DNA of 64,000 bases from positions 875,759 to 939,758 of the forward strand of contig CBDCWD010000004.1 in NCBI GenBank assembly GCA_965223315.1, read 5' to 3'. Position 1 is the first letter of the stretch, and every line of letters starts with the position of its first letter. The notes beneath the pieces were generated by a model that was given only the letters and a program-made list of their open reading frames with translations, did no database searches and was not told the origin of the DNA. The translations under genes and the position numbers were made by a program. Positions 57,218 to 64,000 of the stretch are shown piece after piece. The DNA is from Nitrospirales bacterium (lineage in GTDB: Bacteria; Nitrospirota; Nitrospiria; Nitrospirales; UBA8639).

Positions 57218-57771
57218 ACCACGAGTCCAATTCGTAATTCTGTTGCTTTTTTCCCGTCCCCCATCATTGTCATTTCTTGAAGATCAATGCGGGCTCCCGA
57301 TTGTTCCAACACTTTCAAAAATTTCAGATAGGATCCATACCCACTGGCGTCCCCTTGAGGACTCACCGTGAGTTCAATGGGAACCAGGTTGATGCCTTGT
57401 AACGATGATGCTGATTGTTTGTCTTTCAGGATCCTATAGTCTGTCCGAAGGGCAAATTGGCTCCCATGTTCTTGAAGGTTCTGGGCCCAAGTTGCTAATT
57501 GAGTAAAATTTTGAATCAGTCGTTGATCAGCCTGAGCCACATCTGTCGGCAAGGATTCCGGGTGCGTGTCCTGATACTGACGGCGGAGCCGAGAGACTTG
57601 ACGTTCCAAATCCTGGATTGTCTGCAAGGAATCCTGGCTCTGTTGAATGGCTAAGAGATGCTCTATTGAGATCCAACCAACCACAATAATGCTGCCAACC
57701 AGCAGAAGAACCATGCCAAGGGTTCTGACATCCGGCCATGTGAATGTTGTGTTTTCCCTCCAACTGGTCAT
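57184..57771 (-). CDS. MshJ/PilO-like inner-membrane protein
   Basis: One TM plus coiled coil and a ferredoxin-like tail (GSYLKFLKVLE). Start set to 57771 (ATGA overlap). Confidence 0.6.
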   Translation of the reverse strand: MTSWRENTTFTWPDVRTLGMVLLLVGSIIVVGWISIEHLLAIQQSQDSLQTIQDLERQVSRLRRQYQDTHPESLPTDVAQADQRLIQNFTQLATWAQNLQEHGSQFALRTDYRILKDKQSASSLQGINLVPIELTVSPQGDASGYGSYLKFLKVLEQSGARIDLQEMTMMGDGKKATELRIGLVVWMKTQHSVEL

Positions 57772-59258
57772 GAGAAGTTTCCTTGCAAGGTCCAACGATA
57801 CAGTGTTTGGCCATGTTCTCCTGTGGTAGGAGCATTGGATTGTGTTAGAAGCTGGTCTCGCCAATTCTCATCTATGGTGACGTGATACGGTCCTTTTTCA
57901 AGGTCCTGCGCTAGTTGCTCGACAAGCGCCAAAGTTGAGGAAAGATTGGCTGAAGTATGGCCCGCTAATTCCACATTCCAGAAACCTTCAGTTTTTTTCA
58001 CTGAGGCCTTATGCAGGACGATCTGAGGAGGAACGATCTTCCCCAAGTAACTTAGCAACGTGCCTTCCAGCATGGGCGTTGTATTGTGCGTTAAGGTTTG
58101 CACCCATTGCCGTTGAGTGCGTACAGCCACGAGTTGGCTCTGCCAATGACGGTGGTCTTGGGCAAGCGCATTGACTTGAGCGGTGCGTTGTTGATGAATA
58201 TCCTGATTCTTCATCAGATAACCTTTGATGGCCCCAGTGGTTCCAATGCCGGCCGCGAGAAAGACGACAATGACGGCAGCTGCGGCATTGACCAGCATCT
58301 TCTTCATTGGGGCGCGACGGACATGTTGCGGCGTAAAATTTGTTGGAAGATTGGTTGGAAGCGTCGCACCAATCCAGAGCCAATATTTCCAATCCGGACT
58401 GACTGGACACGGAAGTATCGGCGTCACAATGTGGGGTTGTATTTCCTCAAGGGTCAGTCGTTCATCATCGCCTAAAAACCAAACTTGAGGGATGGGCAAA
58501 TTGGTTTGTTGGTTAATAAACATGATCGTCCGGTTGACTTCCGTGGCGAGGCGTTCTCCCAGAGGCACCCAATCTTGAACTGGAGCCAAATGTCGGGTTA
58601 AGAGTGGGGTGCCGTCTTCCCCTCCGGCGGCAAACGTCACCTTTCCATCCAACATCGTGATCAGGATGGTGGCTTCACCTTGTTCTACAGACAGAGAACT
58701 GAGCTGACTTTCCGATAAAGCGGACAGAGGGGCTAATTGTTGAAGGTAGAGGCCTAAATCCTCACATATCTGAACGATTTCAGCCACAAAACTTTGTGGC
58801 CACACCTCAAGGTGGATACATTGTTTCTGTCTGGCTTGTATGCCGGGATAATGGCACCAGGCTACCGGACCGTCCCAGGTCTTGACCCGTTGGGCTTTGC
58901 GGTCGAGGATACTCAGAAGGTCGGGGTGAGACATGGGAGGGAGTTGAAGCATGAGGGTCATAAACCGCTGGTCTTCCACGAGGATCGCGATATGGGTCCC
59001 TGGAAATTCTGTTCTCTTAATTGCTTCAGCAATGGCCTGCCGGAGTATTTCGGGTTTCCGGATGACGCCCGGCCGGTCCCAGGCTTTGTGAATAGAATCA
59101 TTAATGATGGAAAGGGCTTTGAAGCGGCCATTGATAAGGGTCACACTCAACACGGTGACCTGTTTGCGAAACATACTCTTCCCTGAATTTTCAGAAAATT
59201 TCTTAGCAATTTTCTGAAAACCTTCTTTCGAAAAACCTGTGGGAAATGAAAATGCCAT
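57768..59258 (-). CDS. MshI/PilM-PilN-like assembly protein
   Basis: Cytoplasmic actin-like region, one TM, periplasmic coiled coil and PilN-like end; start uncertain. Confidence 0.6.
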   Translation of the reverse strand: MAFSFPTGFSKEGFQKIAKKFSENSGKSMFRKQVTVLSVTLINGRFKALSIINDSIHKAWDRPGVIRKPEILRQAIAEAIKRTEFPGTHIAILVEDQRFMTLMLQLPPMSHPDLLSILDRKAQRVKTWDGPVAWCHYPGIQARQKQCIHLEVWPQSFVAEIVQICEDLGLYLQQLAPLSALSESQLSSLSVEQGEATILITMLDGKVTFAAGGEDGTPLLTRHLAPVQDWVPLGERLATEVNRTIMFINQQTNLPIPQVWFLGDDERLTLEEIQPHIVTPILPCPVSPDWKYWLWIGATLPTNLPTNFTPQHVRRAPMKKMLVNAAAAVIVVFLAAGIGTTGAIKGYLMKNQDIHQQRTAQVNALAQDHRHWQSQLVAVRTQRQWVQTLTHNTTPMLEGTLLSYLGKIVPPQIVLHKASVKKTEGFWNVELAGHTSANLSSTLALVEQLAQDLEKGPYHVTIDENWRDQLLTQSNAPTTGEHGQTLYRWTLQGNFS

Positions 59259-59272
59259 GCTTCTCAAGACTC

Positions 59273-60133
59273 CTACGGGGCGTAACATCCGCTACTAATG
59301 ACCCGCCATTGCGAGCCATTGGGACAATCGGGATCAAATTGATAGCCGGCCTCGGCCGTCATGGTAAATTGTATCTCTGGTGTCCCAAATGTATTGGCTT
59401 CATCAAGGCCGATGGGTGTTCCGGTAAGGTGATAGCGAATAGCAGGAGCAAGGGTGCCGCCACCGGAGTTGGTGGGCGCTCCGTCGACGGAGTAGCTGCC
59501 TCCGGCTCCATCGGCCGATAAACTGACCAGATGAAATAAATGGCCCACATGTCCACGGAATATCTTGACGTCATGTAGCCCTGTTTCGTCCGTATTCCAC
59601 CAACCCTCGAATTCGGCATCGGTCGTAATGGAAGGATTAAGATTCTGAGACAAGCCGGAAATGAGCAGGTATCGTGCATTGGCCAATTGAGCGGGTGCTA
59701 AACCCGCCGTATTGGTAAAGCCGGCAAGGTTTGGCTGCAGAAAAAAGTATCGTGAAAAACCATTGGGATTATTTGAGAGTTGATTCGCAGACATCTGGAC
59801 ATAATCGGGACTTAAGGCCGCAAGGTTTGCAGGGAAGGACCGAGTTTGGCGGACAAACAGTTCAATCCCCTTGGCAATATTTTCCAGTTGTTTGGTCTCC
59901 GCATCTCGTCGGGTGTTTCGTAGTTGATTGATGATGCTTGGCGCCACGAAACTGGCCAAAATCGCCAAGATTGCTAGGACTCCGATTAATTCTACAAGGG
60001 TAAAGCCAGAGGAAAACGTGAGGCGTGAAGCCTGAGGTGCCGAGGATACGAAAGCTGGCTGTGTGAGTGCAGAGATTGTAAGTCTTGCACCGGTGATGCT
60101 TCTGTATGGAAGTTTATGTAACATTTCTCTCAC
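59273..60133 (-). CDS. Large type IV pilin / pseudopilin
   Basis: Class III signal SSG/FTLVELIGVLAILAILAS with Glu at +5. Confidence 0.9.
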   Translation of the reverse strand: MREMLHKLPYRSITGARLTISALTQPAFVSSAPQASRLTFSSGFTLVELIGVLAILAILASFVAPSIINQLRNTRRDAETKQLENIAKGIELFVRQTRSFPANLAALSPDYVQMSANQLSNNPNGFSRYFFLQPNLAGFTNTAGLAPAQLANARYLLISGLSQNLNPSITTDAEFEGWWNTDETGLHDVKIFRGHVGHLFHLVSLSADGAGGSYSVDGAPTNSGGGTLAPAIRYHLTGTPIGLDEANTFGTPEIQFTMTAEAGYQFDPDCPNGSQWRVISSGCYAP

Positions 60134-60210
60134 TCTTCTTTGGCCCTCTAGCTAAAATGCACATACATAGATGGTCCTGGCATATTTTGCCGGGTAGACC
60201 TCTCTTGTAT

Positions 60211-60238
60211 GTGTCGGAAAAACGATAGCCAATCTTTA
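60211..60238 (-). promoter_or_regulatory. Sigma28-type promoter candidate upstream of the pilin
   Basis: Minus strand TAAAG-N15-TCCGACAC. Confidence 0.5.
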
Positions 60239-60339
60239 TTAACCAGATGGTTTTTGGAAAAAAAGAGGAACAATTGGCAGCTCGGAGAGGAAAACTTGGG
60301 TCCGGCTTCTTCAGATGCGCTTGAAAGCTTTCGGCAGGG

Positions 60340-61620
60340 TTAGTTCCAGGTAATCTCAATATTGTCGGCGAAAAAGAAGCGCTTCACATTGCCACTTCGT
60401 ACGAAGCGAATTTGCATGTTGGGACTGAGGTAAGCTGTGAGATCAAAGGTTTGCGGAACCTGGTTGGTATCGCTGCTGTTCATATTGTAACCCTGAAGGC
60501 TTGTCCAAGATCCTCCTCCATTAGCGGACGCTTCAAGTCTGATCGAGCCTCCATTTCCCCCAGCACCACGGCGATAGCTAAAGGTCAGAGTCGCTGAAGC
60601 GGCTCCTGTCACATCCACTTCCCGGCTGATCGATGTCGACGGTCCACCACCGCCACCTCCCAATTGGAAACAGTTCCCTGATGTACATTGGGCATTTGTG
60701 ACAACTTGCATTTTCCCCGCTGCGGGTCCATCGGCTTCTCCTCCTTCTAACCAGTCGTTTGTCCAATTCTGTAGCCCATCATTTCCATTAAAGGCGATAG
60801 CCGTGAATTCATCGCTGACTTGGCCAAGTGCGCTCATGCAGGTGGGATCCAGCGGGTTCCATTGTTTGGTTGTCGAACAGAGAGGGTCATACCAGTACGC
60901 GGTATTTGTGGTGAGAGCAAATTGAACGTCCGGTCCGGTATAAAATGTATTTTCATCCAGCCCAATGAGGGTCCCGACGAGATGAAACGCATTATGGGCA
61001 GGCAGGAGACCACCGCCTGAATCAGTAGGCGGATTGGAGCTAATGAAATAGCTGGCGCCGTTACCTTCGGGCGTGATCGCGAAGGAATAGAAGAGATGCC
61101 CGATGTTGCCCCGATGAATATGGAGATCTGAGGTGAGGGTTTCATCGGTTGTCCACCAGCCGTCAAAGTCCGCGGCGGTGTTGATGGTTGGCGCAATATC
61201 TTGCGAGAGATCCGAAAGAAGAAGGAAGCGGGCATTGGCCAGTTGGGCGGTAGGGAGGCCCGTGCTGTTATTAAAGCCATTCATGGCTGGATGAATGGCA
61301 TAGTAGCGAGGAAATCCGCGCGCGTTGGCGGCAATCTGGTCTATGGAAAATGGAACATAATCTGGGACCAGGGCGGCTAGTGATGGCGGATACGCTTTTT
61401 GTTCTTTGAGGTAAAGCACGATTCCATCTGCAATGCGGCGAAGTTGTTGATCTTCAACTTCTTGATCCTGTTGATTGAAGAGATGCAAGAGATGCGGCGC
61501 GGCTACCGCTAGGCCAATAGAGATCACGGCTAGCGTGCCAACTAAAGCGATGAGCGAAAAGCCTTGCTGTGGAAGGGTGCCCTTCGGTCTAGAAACAATG
61601 AGAGGAAAGCCGTCTATCAT
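60340..61620 (-). CDS. Large minor pilin with a C-terminal beta-sandwich domain (putative tip adhesin)
   Basis: QQG/FSLIALVGTLAVISIG prepilin motif lacking Glu5; core paralogous to the neighbouring pilin; extra C-terminal domain ending DNIEITWN. Confidence 0.85.
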   Translation of the reverse strand: MIDGFPLIVSRPKGTLPQQGFSLIALVGTLAVISIGLAVAAPHLLHLFNQQDQEVEDQQLRRIADGIVLYLKEQKAYPPSLAALVPDYVPFSIDQIAANARGFPRYYAIHPAMNGFNNSTGLPTAQLANARFLLLSDLSQDIAPTINTAADFDGWWTTDETLTSDLHIHRGNIGHLFYSFAITPEGNGASYFISSNPPTDSGGGLLPAHNAFHLVGTLIGLDENTFYTGPDVQFALTTNTAYWYDPLCSTTKQWNPLDPTCMSALGQVSDEFTAIAFNGNDGLQNWTNDWLEGGEADGPAAGKMQVVTNAQCTSGNCFQLGGGGGGPSTSISREVDVTGAASATLTFSYRRGAGGNGGSIRLEASANGGGSWTSLQGYNMNSSDTNQVPQTFDLTAYLSPNMQIRFVRSGNVKRFFFADNIEITWN

Positions 61621-61631
61621 GGCCCATGTCT

Positions 61632-62837
61632 CTAGAACCCGCTCATTAAACTCATCATGGGCATAAAGAGGGCTAACGCCACGACTCCCACGATACTGAT
61701 GAGCCCTAAGGTAATCACGGGTTCGAGGATGGTGAAGATCTTTTTCACTCGCCGGGGAATTTCTTTATTGTAATAATCCGCCACGTTCATCAGTGTTTTG
61801 GGCAGGTTTCCGGTGGCTTCCCCGACGGCAATCATTTGAACCATCATGGGTGGGAAAATCGCGTGCCGGCGCAGAGAATCATGAATGGAGGAGCCTTCGG
61901 AAATGTCATGCTGCATGTCTTGAATGGCGTCAGCCACGATCTGGTTTCCCACCAGCGCCTGGCATAATTTGAGACATTGCAACACGGGTATGCCTGCTTT
62001 GTAGAGGACGGCAAAATTCTGCACGAACTTTGACAACGTCAACATCTTAAAAAGGTTGCCGAATATAGGCAGTTCGAGCATCATTCGATCTCGCCAATGT
62101 GAAAACCCCGGGACAAAGGTTCGTGCCATCCACCAGCCTAAGGGTAGACCAAGCACAAGAGGCAACCAAAGATACCAGTTGTCCACCAGAAAAAGACTGG
62201 CGTTAAACACCATGACCGTGATGAATGGGAGCGGGACATCCAGGCTTTCCAGGACAGGAATAAATTGAGGGACAACAAACGTAAACAACAGAATGAGCAA
62301 TCCAATGACGGCAGCAATCACCACGGTGGGATAAATGGTGGCCTGGCGAACGTCACTACGGATTTGATCAACCCAATCTAAGTAGCGCTCCAGTTCTTTG
62401 AAGGTGGCGGCTAACGTGTCGCTTTCTTCCCCGGCCTGGACAAGATTGGTGATCTGTGGAGGGAAAATATTGGGATGCTGGCTCATGGCCACATTCAAAG
62501 CGCTTCCCGCCTCCACCCGGTGGTGAATCGTGCGTAAGGTCGCCCGCAATTGAAGATTGGGAGATTCTTCCGACAGGTTTTTCAGCGCATCGGCAAGGGA
62601 AATCTCCGCATCCAGCAAGGTAAACATGTGTGTCGAAAATTCCAGGAGATCGCGGGGAGACACTTTTCCCCGTGTGCCGCCAAACGAGGTCTTCTTGTGT
62701 TTGGCTTCGAACACTTCGACAAGATAGAGCCCCATGCCTTCAAGATGACTTTCCAATTGTGAGCGATCAACGACCACCATCGTGCCCTCCGCAGAACGGC
62801 CGTGGTTATCAATCGCACGGTAATGAAAATTATTCAC
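61632..62837 (-). CDS. PilC/GspF/MshG inner-membrane platform protein
   Basis: Two T2SSF repeats; AGEES, TIYP, VGEATG and LEPVI motifs. Confidence 0.93.
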   Translation of the reverse strand: MNNFHYRAIDNHGRSAEGTMVVVDRSQLESHLEGMGLYLVEVFEAKHKKTSFGGTRGKVSPRDLLEFSTHMFTLLDAEISLADALKNLSEESPNLQLRATLRTIHHRVEAGSALNVAMSQHPNIFPPQITNLVQAGEESDTLAATFKELERYLDWVDQIRSDVRQATIYPTVVIAAVIGLLILLFTFVVPQFIPVLESLDVPLPFITVMVFNASLFLVDNWYLWLPLVLGLPLGWWMARTFVPGFSHWRDRMMLELPIFGNLFKMLTLSKFVQNFAVLYKAGIPVLQCLKLCQALVGNQIVADAIQDMQHDISEGSSIHDSLRRHAIFPPMMVQMIAVGEATGNLPKTLMNVADYYNKEIPRRVKKIFTILEPVITLGLISIVGVVALALFMPMMSLMSGF

Positions 62838-63999
62838 CGGCCACCCGTATCACTTCTTCCACCGTTGTAACGCCTTTGAGGGCTTTCTGTATCCCGTCTT
62901 CGAACATCGAGGGAAGACCTTGTTTATGAATAAGTGCGCGAAGACTGCCCATGTCCATTCGATTCACAATTGGCCCATGGAGTTCATCTGTGATTTCGAT
63001 AATTTCATAAATGCCCGCACGTCCTTTATAGCCGGTGTTTCCGCAAGATTTGCACCCTTTGCCGTGCCAGAGTTTCCTTGGGGCGTTCTCGGGGAGGGCG
63101 ATCTTGAGGTTGGTCAGCACGTTCTCTGAATCGGCCCGTTCTTCTTTGCAGTCGGGACAAATGCTGCGGACGAGTCGTTGCCCAGCCACAGCCGCCAGGG
63201 CTGACGCCAGGAGAAACGGCTCGATGCCCATATCGATGAGCCGTGGAATCGCCCCCAGCGCATCATTAGTATGGAGAGTCGAGAAGACTAAGTGACCCGT
63301 CAGTGCGGCCCGCATCGCCAGTTCCGCAGTTTCATGGTCGCGGATTTCACCGACTAAGATGACGTCGGGGTCTTGCCGTAAGAGCGCGCGGAGACCAGAG
63401 GCGAAGGTCATGCCAATATCAGGATTGACTTGTGTTTGCCGGATCATGGACATTTGGTACTCGATGGGATCTTCAAGCGTGAACACACTTTTTTCCTTGG
63501 TGTTAATGTTGCGCAAGGCGGTGTAGAGCGTGGTGGTTTTCCCGCTTCCCGTTGGGCCGGTGACCAGGATGATTCCATGAGGCCGTTGTATGATTGATTT
63601 GATTCGTGACTGATCTTTTGCCGTGAAGCCGAGTGCCCGAAATTCTAACTTGAGCGATCCTCTGTCGAGGATTCGCAGCACAATACTTTCTCCAAAATTC
63701 GTTGGAAGGGTGGAAACACGCAGATCGATATGACGGGAGCCTAACGCAAACGCAATGCGGCCATCTTGAGGTGTGCGCTTTTCAGTCAGATTTAAGTTAG
63801 CGATAAGTTTCATGCGGGCCGTAATCGGCGCCTGAAGAGGCTTGGGAATCAAAAGTTCTTGGGTCATGACGCCATCGATGCGATACCGAATGCGTAAATA
63901 TTGCTCTTCCGGTTCTATATGAATATCGGTGACCCGGGCTTGGATGGCGGCGGTAATCAATTGATTGCAGAGCCGGATCATCGGGGCGTCATGACTGGC
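62830..63999 (-). CDS. PilB/GspE/MshE assembly ATPase (5'-truncated by the window end)
   Basis: DIHIEP, GPTGSGKT, TLEDPIE, DPDVILVGEIRD and GHLVFSTLH motifs; the frame stays open to the window end. Confidence 0.95.
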   Translation of the reverse strand, partial: ASHDAPMIRLCNQLITAAIQARVTDIHIEPEEQYLRIRYRIDGVMTQELLIPKPLQAPITARMKLIANLNLTEKRTPQDGRIAFALGSRHIDLRVSTLPTNFGESIVLRILDRGSLKLEFRALGFTAKDQSRIKSIIQRPHGIILVTGPTGSGKTTTLYTALRNINTKEKSVFTLEDPIEYQMSMIRQTQVNPDIGMTFASGLRALLRQDPDVILVGEIRDHETAELAMRAALTGHLVFSTLHTNDALGAIPRLIDMGIEPFLLASALAAVAGQRLVRSICPDCKEERADSENVLTNLKIALPENAPRKLWHGKGCKSCGNTGYKGRAGIYEIIEITDELHGPIVNRMDMGSLRALIHKQGLPSMFEDGIQKALKGVTTVEEVIRVAGE

Positions 64000-64000
64000 A

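Noticed and set aside
1-64000. The many 60-180 aa ORFs antisense to or nested in long genes; also tRNA/rRNA or prophage
   Set aside because: Shadow ORFs without RBS or motifs; no cloverleaf, rRNA or phage hallmark sequences seen.

Overview
A ~50% GC bacterial chromosome window, most likely from Nitrospirota (inferred from repeat families and gene content; not verified). It has four blocks. (1) 1-7.2 kb: an IS4 end, a decayed porin, a sigma54-type promoter before a SulP transporter, a decayed nhaB copy, and a CHASE3 kinase / sigma54-activator pair. (2) 14.6-27.9 kb: an inorganic-carbon / ion-pump operon with a riboswitch-like leader. It encodes SulP, DabA (DUF2309, beta-carbonic-anhydrase-like), a full Mrp module in MBH-hydrogenase gene order, a NuoL-like subunit with a triplicated lateral helix, and a NuoM-like subunit. 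This is the best candidate for an undescribed machine: a multi-antiporter Na+/H+-coupled CO2-hydration complex. (3) 28-52.7 kb: intact nhaB and a large signalling island (HD-GYP proteins, STAS, TonB receptor-YfiR-hybrid kinase, FixL-like PAS kinase, FIST) with seven sigma28-like promoters, one of which lies in block 4. (4) 52.8-64 kb: an MSHA-like type IV pilus cluster with two large paralogous pilins. Also present: a degenerate PriA, two unannotated small membrane peptides, and MITE/REP/heptamer repeats. No rRNA, tRNA or CRISPR array was seen. All family calls come from motif recognition by eye, not database searches.
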